A stretch of DNA of 64,000 nucleotides from Asterias rubens (Eukaryota): contig NC_047069.1 in NCBI RefSeq assembly GCF_902459465.1, forward strand, positions 20,770,001 through 20,834,000, in the 5' to 3' direction. Positions 51,246 through 62,172 of this stretch are shown here, one piece after another (the stretch's first letter is position 1; each line of letters starts with the position of its first letter). The position numbers and the translations under genes are program-made. The notes under the pieces were generated by a model. The model saw only the letters and a list, made by a program, of their open reading frames with translations. It did no database searches and was not told the origin of the DNA.

Positions 51246-51467
51246 ATAAATTCTTGTGGAACTTCACTGTTCCTTTTATTCGGATTCTGTTTCATATGGT
51301 TAAGCTACAACAAATAAACAATTATTTACATAACTATTTTAAATTTAGGATGTTATTTTTAAATAAAATGTGTTAAGATCGGTTTATCGCCTGCACAGTT
51401 TATCAATGCTCTTTCATTAATTTTAATATTTTTATTTCTCTTACAGGCTGTTCCATCTTTATTCGAA

Positions 51468-54160
51468 ATGGGTGTGACTGTAGAGGTATGGCGAATGCAG
51501 ATTGGAACCTTTTCTTCACGTCCCCCCAAAGCTGAGCGCCGTCATTCTTCTTCATCAAGTGATCCAACCACGGGTCCCTTTAGTATGGGAATTGGATGCA
51601 AAACCTTCCTGATAGTTTTGCTAGCTGTTGCTATTGGAGAGGCTGGAATTCATCAGCTATCGAAAAGCTGTAACCCACTTCTGGTTTGTGGAGATATAGA
51701 GCTCAATCCAGGACCATCAACACCAACTCTGCCTGAGGACCTACTTGACAAGTTGAAGAATGCTGACGGCTCAATTTTGCCACTCAACTTTGATCTACTT
51801 AACGGCCATATAATCCAACTGAATAACCTAAAGAAAAGATGTGGAGCGAGTTGGAGTACTTATGCCCAATGGATCACAACTCTAAAACCCGAGCATGTGG
51901 CCAATGATGACGGCTGGGCAAGAAGATTTAGTGTGCAGTCAAAGTCACTTCTTGCAGCATACGAGAAGCTCAAAAAGAACAAACAAAGAAAAGAGGGAAA
52001 GGAACAGCTGGAAGAATGGAAACAGAATGTGTATGTCTTTCCTGAGATTTCTGGTCCACGGCCCAACGAACCGAAACCGTCATGTTTTGACATTTCCGAT
52101 CTGAAGATTCAAAATGAACAGTTGATAAAAGAAAATGAAGATTTAAAGCAAAAAGTTAAGACACTCTCAGAAAGACCAGATGCTCATGCCCAAACCTTAC
52201 AAAAGCGTCGTGAAACTTACCATAAGACACAGTCTTCATCTCTTCGGAAAGAACATATGAATTTAGAAAAGGACTACAACAAGCTATCCGCTAAAAGGCA
52301 AAAAATAGAAGCCCACTGCAGTAACCTTAACAAAGAAGTCTCTCAAGCAAGAGATGAAGTCATGGAAACGAAAGAAGACGCTTTCCAAACAAACACAATC
52401 TTGACAGACCAAATTAATAAACAATCTGAACTCATTAAACAGTTAAGAGAGCACAATGCAATGCTGAAAACAAAGTTGGAAGAGCAAGGTGATGTAATTC
52501 AAACCATGCAAGTTGATGCAGGTGGCAAGTCTTCCTACAGGCCAGAAGTTCGTGCTTGCATTTATAAGTTACTGCAGTTTCATGTAAGCTTTGACAATGT
52601 TTCTGATGTCATCACCACTGTTCTCACAATGATTGGGAAAAAAGCTGACAAACTGCCAACCGGTAAAACCGTCAGTAGATTTAATGAAGAAAGACTGCTT
52701 CTAGCACAAAAGCAACTCCGAACATTAACTGACAAACAAGATCTCACTCTGAGTACTGATGAAACACCAAAAGCCGGTGACATATACATGACATACACTA
52801 TAAATGACCAGGATCAAAACACTTATGTGTTAGGTTTACGCGAGATGGTTTCAAAATCAGCCGAGGATACCCTCACATTTTGAAAGAAATCCTGAGCGAT
52901 ATCAATGATATATGTAAGACTGAACATACAAATGACACAGGACATCAGATTCTTCTGAAAATAAAGAACACGATGTCAGATCGCGCAGCAACTGAGGCTT
53001 TGTTTAACGACATGTTACAAACGTACAGGAAGGAATGCTTGCCCCTCTACACTAAGGGATGGGACAAGTTCAGCACAGCAGCAAAAGAAAAGCTGCTTCA
53101 CATGAACAATTTTTTTTGCGGACTCCACTTACTGGTTAGTATGGCAGAGACAATTTCTGCTTCGCTGAAGGAATTCGAGGATCAGTTTTTTGACGGAAAG
53201 CACCCAGGTGCCCCTAATGTGCCTGGAGTTGGTGGTTTTATAAACCATTCGGAAAGCAGAACAGTAAGACTTATCCGTACATGCACAAAAGCTCTGGCAA
53301 AAGGTGGCGATGAAAAGTCTGGGGTGCATCGTCATTGGAAAACTTTCAAAAGACGAGAAAATATAACAAAACGCTACCTCCAAGTATTCAGGGGCAATCG
53401 ATTTAACATCGTATTTCTACTTGGAGGTTGTGTTCATTTCCTACACGAAAAGGTATTTTACTTTCTTGATAAAGTACAGGGCACTACAAACAGGCTTTTA
53501 ATGGCAGTGCATGCTGACATTCAACAACCGGTATTCCTTGCTGGTTGCAAGGTTCTTGGACTTTTGAACAAGTTAGTCACAACTCCATTGTGGAGAGTCA
53601 CCGAAAGTGACGGCCATATTATTGACTTATGTGACCAGTACACAAAACTTCATAACTTCTTCAGTGAATGCTTGGAAAAAGACACAACACTGTTTAAATT
53701 TATGAAAGGAGAAGTCTCTCCATTTGAGGACAACCTTGTCAACAAAGATGAAGTGTATGACAGTCTAATCACAGAGACACAAAATGATGAAATAGCTATG
53801 AGCATGGCCAGATTTACATTTACTGCTTTAAAGCAACTTCTAGGGAGAGTTGTCAAGGATTTTTTGCCTGGTGGTCAGTATTATGATTTAAAAGTGAATA
53901 AAGAGTTTCTGCAACAGACATTGTCTGTTCCCAAGCACAATAAACTCCCTGAGAGGGTATTTGGTTATTTAGACTTCTTGCTAAAAAAACGACCAAATGT
54001 TAGATCTATCACAAACGAGGCCCAGGTTATGTTTACGTTTAACAAAACTGCAAAATATATGGACTCACTAACACCCGAGCAGCTGCACAGAGAAATACAG
54101 GAAGTGATGGTAAAAAGAGAAGGCAGGATCGAGGAGAGAAGGGAGAAACGGGACCTGTAG
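51468..54160 (+). pseudogene. CxxH-type DDE transposase, copy C, with N-terminal 2A-like peptide; one frameshift, 3' end probably truncated
   Basis: ORFs 51468-52883 and 52880-54160 join by restoring one base in the T run at ~52877-52881. Motifs: LLVCGDIELNPGP, coiled coil, TLSTDETPK (D), NTMSDR (D), FFCGLH, FRGNRFNIVF, HNKLPERVFGYLD (E). A candidate left end TAGGGACTGAC lies at 50332. Confidence 0.78.
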
Positions 54161-54300
54161 ACAAATCACGGGGTGTTTTTTTACATAAATTTTATAGGTT
54201 TTTACTTTTTTTTTTCTTTTTTTTTTTTAACCGATCCCCTATAAAAACCACTTTTTCATCCTAGCCCAATCGATTGAAAACCTCCTCAGGTGCACAACAC

Positions 54301-54331
<31 letters not shown>

Positions 54332-54571
54332 CGGAAGTTGGTGGCGACGACGTAAAATTTTTTCTAAGATTAATACACGGAAAAAGAAAACATCGGTGTT
54401 CAGACAGAAATTCAGAAACCAATCCCACCTACCTTCATGACCTTCCCAAGGTCACTGCTACCATGGAGGTAGAATATACACTGTCGGAGAATATGGAGGG
54501 CTAGGTAGAATGGTGGTCAGGCAGAAGTTCTTTATTTATCCTGCGCGCCGCGGCAACGACAGGCAATACTC

Positions 54572-55108
54572 CTAGAACTATTTCGGTTTCGTCCGGCTAA
54601 TCGTCTCCCTACCGAAATAGTCGGTCCTACTACTTGCCGTCAACTCGCCGACTTGCCGTCAACTCGCCGTCAAATCATTTTCGTGCCGTCAACTCATTAA
54701 ATTTACATGAAAAATCTATAAAAAGGGGGCACGGAAGTGTTAAGTCTGGGCTAAACTACATATTTCTCATGGTTTTCGGTACAAATTCATTCACAAAAAC
54801 GACTTTGTGTTGATAAAAAAAAAGTACCAATCATTGACATCTTGGGCCAAGACTAATCATTGTGAAAAAGCAAGATGGCGGCCGACTGTTTTTTGACTTC
54901 GAGAATTTTTTTTCACGAGAAAAAAAATCAATTTTTATTCCGAAATATGACCTAAAACTTACGCGAATGCTCTTTGAGCTGATACTTTACAGTTCTATGC
55001 TTCTTTTGTGGATTTTAAATGTATATTGGAGGAGTTGACGGCGAGTTGACGGCGCAAGTGAGTTGACGGCGAGTTGACGGCAAGTAGTAGGACCCGAAAT
55101 AGTTCTAG
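54572..55108. mobile_element. ~540-bp MITE with long imperfect inverted ends
   Basis: ctagaactatttcgg (54572-54586) and ccgaaatagttctag (55094-55108), plus inverted blocks gtcctactacttgccgtcaactcgccg / cggcgagttgacggcaagtagtaggac. TSD not seen. Confidence 0.7.
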
Positions 55109-55825
55109 AATAGAAGTACACAGGCAGCAGCATCCCCCACGTTGCAACAGAAACCCGGGCCGGCCGGGTATTCGTAGCAGCTTCTGCCACGACCGTTCTG
55201 CGTGAATCTTTCTCCCTCCCAGGCTTGAGTTCCAGTTTTCGTCCACAGCACTGTTCGTCCAGCTCATTTACAGTGTGTGCGGTCGTCCTCATTCAACTCA
55301 CACTATCGAGAAGAGAGAACAGCCATTTGAGAACTTCTGACTTCTGGGTTTTTAGCATTTTGGGTTGTCACAAAATGAAATAAAGCGTCAAAACATCCAG
55401 AGTCATGTCGTACTCCGCACCACGCTCAAAGCTTCGCAGCTTTAGTCAGGTCCCTAAAATAAAGGTTTGTATGGATGAGAGCTTCGTTTAAGGTTGTCTG
55501 GTTGCCAGACTAACAGTCTTGCGTTGTTAATAAGTCTGGCCTCCTGACTCCTGTATGGTACATTTCTACGAATACGCTCATTCCTTGAAAGCGAACCATG
55601 ATTTACACGGCGTTTTACCTTTTGACTTTGTGTGGGTGGGGGTGTTTATGGGCAATTTTATATGCTGGGTGGTGCAGTTTGTACGATGTTCTAGTTAGGC
55701 CTAGTAGTAGTACTAGTGTAGTAGTAGTAGGGTAGTAGTACAGTAGAGAAGCCGGCGGCCGAAGCGTAGTCTCAATGAGATCTGTTTTGCTCGACATTTT
55801 GTTTTGTAGTTAAACTTCATTGACA

Positions 55826-58800
55826 ATGGTAAGTTTTCACAGCGAAATATTACTGTAGGCCTATAGATTTGTTTTTAGTTGGGGGTTGGGGAGATAGAAA
55901 GGGGGACCTAATGTTTTGAAGAAGCAGACGACGCAGGTTTAAATGATATCTCTGCCATGTCTTCTGTATAGTGTATTTGTGTGCAGACACTGCAGAGTGC
56001 AGGACTACATAATTATCATGGGGACATGGAGCAATAAAGATAATTATAACGTACTGAGTGGTCTGTATCCACTCCAGATGCAGATCTGCCAAACACAACC
56101 AAACGTTGTTCTGTGCGTAAACTTTTGGGACAGGCCTGACAATTCTGATCTTTTATTAAATTTTATTTAATTTTCATAAACACGTAAGAATAAACCAATG
56201 AATGAATGAATGAATGGACTTACTTATTTCGACATAGCTCCATGAAAGTCAATGGTATATTAAATAAGTAATCACTTTTCTTTAGAAAACAAAACAGTAT
56301 TTACAAGTAAACTACTAAGACAAGTAGAGGCATTACACAAGAAGCCGAAGCTTATAAACGGATATGGAAATGGATTTAAATATTTATTTTAACAATACTA
56401 AAAAAGGAAGACAAAATACAAAAGACAGAACACAAAAAAACAAAATGATGAAACAAAAACAGGCAGACAAACAAACAGAGTGGACATAAACGAATTTATT
56501 TTAAAGACATCAGACGGACATTCAAAACATATATACAAGTGAAAAGCAAAGAATTTATTTCCAAATCCAAATAATATTTTTCCTGTGTGTCTCTGAAGGG
56601 GAAGCAATGTACTGTGATAGGTGGATGTGGTTTCCTTGGACGTCATCTTGTAGAAGGTTTACTGGAGAAAGGATATACAGTCAATGTTTTTGACATCAAA
56701 GTTACATATGAAGATAACCGTGTCAAATTCTTTGTGGGGAATCTGTGCTCCAAGAAGGTTTGTATTCATATTTTTGTTTTGTGTAAACAATAGTTGAGAT
56801 ACCAGAACCCTCATCCCTCCGTTATTGCAACTATGTAAACAACTGTTTAAAATTTGTTTTACATTTTGTTGTTTTGCCACATTTCTAATCATACAACATT
56901 GCAAGTTGCTAATATAATTTGAAAAATTCAAAAACCTGACTTAAATATTTCTGTTCGTTCAAGTGCATTTAGGACCTTCTTGGTAGATGCCTGTATGATG
57001 ATATGAAAGACTAGTTTATGAACCTTTCTTTTGTTTCCATAATGCATCCGATAGGGAATAAATTGCTTTACCAGCTGCCTTAGGACTTTCGGTGACATGT
57101 TCTAAAGTTCCCTTTTTGTCCATTTCTAGTGTCACAGGAAATTGCACAATCGCAGTTTTTTGTATAGGTAATTAGTACACTCACTGTCTGTTGACTACAG
57201 TGCCAGGCAGCTGAGTTAAGGATTCATTGAAGTTTCTAATGAAGTTTCTAATGAATAGTTATTTATCACAAGGAATTGAAACGCATTTGTTTATTCCCTG
57301 CAGGAGCTTCTCCCATCCTTTGAGGGATCAGAAGTCGTCTTCAACTGTGCCTCTCCTCCTCCTTCCAGTAATAATAAGTAAGACATTTTGTGGAACTGAA
57401 ATAAGGACCGCCTTTTCATATTATGTTGTCAAAACAATTTCATAAATAAAGTCTTCAGCTTTTTTTTTTTAGCTGTGGACATGAATAAAAGCAATTGTTA
57501 TGTAAGGGAAAAGAATGTTTCTTTTAAATAAAAAAAGTAAATGATTGATCATGATTTGGATGAAGGAAAACATTGAGCAAATCAGTCGTTTTAAAACAGA
57601 TAATACAAAACCATTGCACCATTGAAGACCTGAACATGTAGTACTTTTTTTTTGTAGTTCTACAAACGTTACGATCTATTTTGTTTTATTATACTATTAG
57701 AATACTAAAATTTAAACAGCTAAAGATTTGGGGGTTAAACCAGGCATTTAAGATTAATTTAGTAATATTTTTGTTTACTAGGGAGTTGTTTTACAATGTC
57801 AACTTCAATGGAACAAAGAACATAATTGCAACCTGCAAGGAAGCTGGTGTTAAGGTAGTGTAACAAGAAATGTCAACCATTTCATCCTGCAAATAGGGAG
57901 GTTACTCAAACAAAACTTGCAGAAAAAATTACAAACAAATGCTTTAAGCATCAGAAGATTTTGAAACTGGATCACAATCAGGGCCACAAATTAGCTGACC
58001 ACAGTAAAGTGTTTTTTCTTGTGGTTTGTTCACCTCTGTGAAACCTAACGCATTTTTTTAAGTCAAACTAAATATGAAATACTATATTTAATTTGCCTAT
58101 CATTTTGTTGGCCCTATTCCTTGACTTTACAGTTTTACCAATCAAATTCTAAGGGGCCAAAACTTGTGGATCTTCGACTTTTAGCAACACAAAAAACTTT
58201 GACTATGATATGGTCACTGTAGTATCTGTAATAGCATGGCATGGACCTACATGCACCAAACTTTGACTATGATATGGTCACTGTAGTATCTGTAATAGCA
58301 TGGCATGGACCTACATGCACCAAACTTTGACTATGATATGGTCACTGTAGTATCTGTAATAGCATGGCATGGACCTACATGCACCAAACTTTGACTATGA
58401 TATGGTCACTGTAGTATCTGTAATAGCATGGCATGGACCTACATGCACCAAACTTTGACTATGATATGGTCACTGTAGTATCTGTAATAGCATGGCGTGG
58501 ACCTACTGCACATGATGACCTTTGACATATTATTTGCAAATAGACTAGCTATAAGTCGCTTGTAAAACCAAAATTTTGCATTGAATCAACAGAAACTAGT
58601 GCTTACCAGCAGCGCCAGCGTAAGTTATGAAGGCAAAGACATCAAGAATGGCAGTGAGGAATTACCATATGCCGGTCAACCCATAGATTACTACACAGAA
58701 ACTAAAATCCTACAGGAAAAGGTTTGTACCAGCATATTTTACCATTTCAATTCCGTTTTGATTTTAACATGATTTGTTACTGACAAGTTCTTCCTCCTAC

Positions 58801-61800
58801 ACGATTCATTGGTTCTGAGACCTACCAGCATGTTTAGATTTCCTGTCTACATATGCATATACTTATTATATTGAGATATTTTTGACAAAACCTTTTCTTT
58901 CAATCAAATTTTTTAATTTTCTTTCAATCAAAGTCCACACTTGTAAGAAAAAAAACATTTTCGATCTTTCCTCCCATATAGCACTGATTAAATACATGTA
59001 AATGATATTATAAATAAACCCTCAGATTACTTTGTTAAACATATTAGCCTTTTCGAGGTATGGCGGACACAATAGGAGTACTCAAGTGCACCTTTTGATT
59101 TGGGTAAACACAAACAAGTTTACCCAAACCAAATAATTGTTGTAGCATTGTGTCCGTCATATCTCAAAAAGGCCTTTTGAGGTTCATGTATTCATAATTA
59201 CCAGTACTTCACCAACTTTCAATTCTGACATAGTCTTGTAGAAGACCTTCTGTTCCACCAAGACTACCAAGACAATGCACTACTCTCCGAAGGTGCAAAA
59301 GAGTTCCATAAGGAAACTTCCCATTTTGTCACTTTCCACCACTCGCTTCCTCCCCATTCATAAAACAACCAGCTCTAACATCATATTCTTCGCTCATCAG
59401 ATCAACTGTAACTTACTGTACAGGAGGAACCCATAGTTGCCTACAGACGCCCACCAAGTCTCAGGGATCTCATTGTCTGGGCAGAAGTCCCTCCCATTAA
59501 TGATACTTTTAACCCCCCCCCCCCATGCCAAAGGGAACTTTCAGGTGTTCCAACACTTCCACATGCCAGTGATGTTTGAAGTTTTGCATGGTATGTTCTA
59601 TGGACTATGCATAGTAGAGTCAAGTTGCGAAGCCTTGAGGGCCTTTTCCAACTGATTTATTCAAAATTTGCATTATTCATAACTTGTATGCAAATAAGTA
59701 AAGTGCTGAAAGATTAACCAATCAAAATGCAGACTTGCCCTATACTAGTTTCACCACTACACAAGCCAACCTTTTCAGCAGCAGCTCACAACATCACCGA
59801 CACTCCAAGGTGCACACATCCAGCCAGCAGTCAACTCCAATGCTTCACTTGAGCTCAGATCTTAAGGCATTTGAGAGCTTAGCCACAAAACACTTCCATG
59901 AATTTACTTATTCATTTTGTAACTTATTTTCTTTTGTTGGTTTAGGTCGTCCTAGAAGCAAACAGTGCAGACTTTCACACCGTTGCCATCAGACCTCATG
60001 GCATCTTTGGACCTAGAGATCCCCAGCTTGTACCAACTCTGGTTGAGACAGCTAAAGCTGGCAAGATGAAGTTCATGATTGGGTGAGAATTCCAAAGTTA
60101 AAGTTGAATTTGATTCTTTGCATTGCAGAGACATATTTTACAACCAATCCTTTTGGGTACAATATTGTACCAATAAAAACAGTTGCTTCTTATATAACAC
60201 AAATCTCCATCACTCAGTGCACTCAAGGCACTTCAAGGTATGACCATGGAGGAAGGAAGAGAAGGAGCTCGAATGACCCGCAAAACCGCAGAGTAACAAA
60301 AGAATACCCTGACAATGCCCCTGTCTGACCATAGAGTAAGGGTCTGACCAGTGGAAAAAGATAGGAGACCTCCAGCTGGACGGCCGATTAACGAGCAGGA
60401 TTACATCTCTTTGTACAGAACGTGCGGTACCGCCGCTCTGCACCGTTGCCTTCGTGTAAAGTTGAATCATTGGAGACAAGAATTGTGAATATACACGTTT
60501 TCATTTACCGTTTGCGGTGTTTCACTGAAACATCATGGCATATTTTTACATTTTTTGTGACTTTCCGGTCACTAGCGGTGGTTCAAAATTTAGGTATTAG
60601 CACACGAGGGTGGTTGGTATTCAATTGTGTTTTTTGATTTGGTGAGCACAAGTGTACACAATTTTTATCAGGTCTCAAAAAAGTATTTTTTTCTGTATTA
60701 TATCCATACGTCATACGACACCATAGTTGAGTGAAGAACCAAGTACGCACGCGCAAACTCACATACGCCAGGGGTCGCCCATTGTCTGTGTAAGGTATGT
60801 GGGTGATTACGAGGGGTCGTTAAACGACTGCGGTACCGCTGGTTCGACTTTTGAAGTCCCTTCGAGCTCCTTCTCTTCCTTCCTCCATGGTATGACAGAC
60901 TACTTTGATCTATGAGACCTACTCCTTCAATATAGCATCATGTAATGGTTTACAAGGTGCTGTGGGGCAATATGCAGCCAATCAAACCAGGAACATCAAG
61001 GCGAATCCCCTCTGTGATTATGTGCATTTGGTTCTTTTATGGGTGTTACACACACACACACACGGGGCAATTGCTTTACATTCTATCCCAAGGAAGAAGC
61101 ATCTTGGTTAAATGTCTTGCTTATGGACACAGGTGTCATGGCTCATCAGAAACACCAGAGTTTGAGTCCAGTGCTAGGCCATAACAGCTGTTTTGGTTGA
61201 GGTGGTGACCTTAAAATAGCTAGATGTCTATTCCCAAGAGTTTCATTAAAACATTGCTTGATACGTATATCAATCAAATTATTTGGTATGACTTTAATTG
61301 TACATTTTCTATTTATTCTCAGAGATGGCAGCAACCTAGTTGATTTTACATATGTTAAGAATGTTGTACATGGACATATCTTGGCTGCAGAGAAGCTCGG
61401 CAAAGAATCAGTAGTGTGTGGAAAGGTTGGTTAAGTGAATTCGTGACTACTTTAAGGAAAGACACATTTCCCTCAATGAATGAACATAAATACATTTGTT
61501 GAATGAGATGACTTTGTAACATAGACATAGAAGTTAGATAAAAAGCTTTGAAAACAGACTGTACAAATCTTACAGATACACTGCTTAAATAATAATTGTG
61601 CTAAATTTATAGTAAAAATCAGGCCTGATATTCTTCCTACTAAGTCTGATTTCTGATGTTTTGACCCTTGAAAAATCTGAAAAGTTGTGATTAAATAGCC
61701 TGGAAAGTCTATTTAAGCCTGCACCATGTGTTAATGTATATCAGCCCATGTACTCGATTGAAAAGTCCTACTTTTTTCCCAAGGGCTAAATATCATGCAT

Positions 61801-62172
61801 ATAATGTTTATACTTTCCTTTCTATTTTGCCAACAGTCTTATCACATCACGAATGATGACCCCATTCCTTTCTGGGACTTCATGAGCCTCATCTTAATTG
61901 GTCTGAACTACCAGCCTCCTAAATACCATCTCCCATATGCTCTCATCTACTACCTGGCTGTCTTCCTTCAACTTCTTGTATGGATCCTCAGCCCTCTGGT
62001 GACCTTGAAAATGACCTTTACCCCCATGAGGGTCGCACTAGCCGGAACATACCATTATTACAGCAGTGAGAGAGCCAAGAAAGACATGGGGTATAAACCT
62101 TTAGTGGGACTTGGGGAGGCAATCCAGAAGACAGTTGAAAGTTACCCTCATTTGAAAAACATCAAGAATTAA
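55826..62172 (+). CDS. NSDHL: Sterol-4-alpha-carboxylate 3-dehydrogenase, decarboxylating (3-beta-HSD/extended SDR family), 337 aa predicted
   Basis: GT-AG exons: 55826-55828 (ATG only, least certain), 56599-56757, 57304-57377, 57782-57854, 58593-58721, 59946-60082, 61323-61425 and 61837-62172; phases consistent, 1014 nt. Motifs: [35 protein letters not shown] (YxxxK), [28 protein letters not shown], all closely matching vertebrate NSDHL. Confidence 0.95.
58195..58512. repeat. Intronic minisatellite: five copies of a 64-bp unit
   Basis: aactttgactatgatatggtcactgtagtatctgtaatagcatggcatggacctacatgcacca starts at 58195, 58259, 58323, 58387 and 58451. The copies are near-identical with no spacers. 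Confidence 0.95.
59047..59173. mobile_element. ~127-bp fold-back MITE in a NSDHL intron
   Basis: gccttttcgaggtatggcggacacaat versus attgtgtccgtcatatctcaaaaaggc, with an inner inverted pair tttgggtaaac/gtttacccaaa. Confidence 0.6.
60243..60891. mobile_element. 649-bp MITE with perfect 31-bp TIRs and a 3-bp TSD (Harbinger-like by TSD length)
   Basis: ACCATGGAGGAAGGAAGAGAAGGAGCTCGAA (60243-60273) and its exact reverse complement (60861-60891). ATG on both flanks (60240-60242, 60892-60894). Confidence 0.85.

Noticed and set aside
54987-55330. Divergent gene sharing the NSDHL promoter
   Set aside because: The short minus-strand ORFs run into a MITE and show no domain or consistent exon chain.
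54150-55454. gggacctg / caggtccc as TIRs of a separate element
   Set aside because: Only 8 bp match and the flanks (aaac vs taaa) give no TSD.
58195-58512. CRISPR-like array
   Set aside because: The units are contiguous with no unique spacers, and they lie in a spliceosomal intron.
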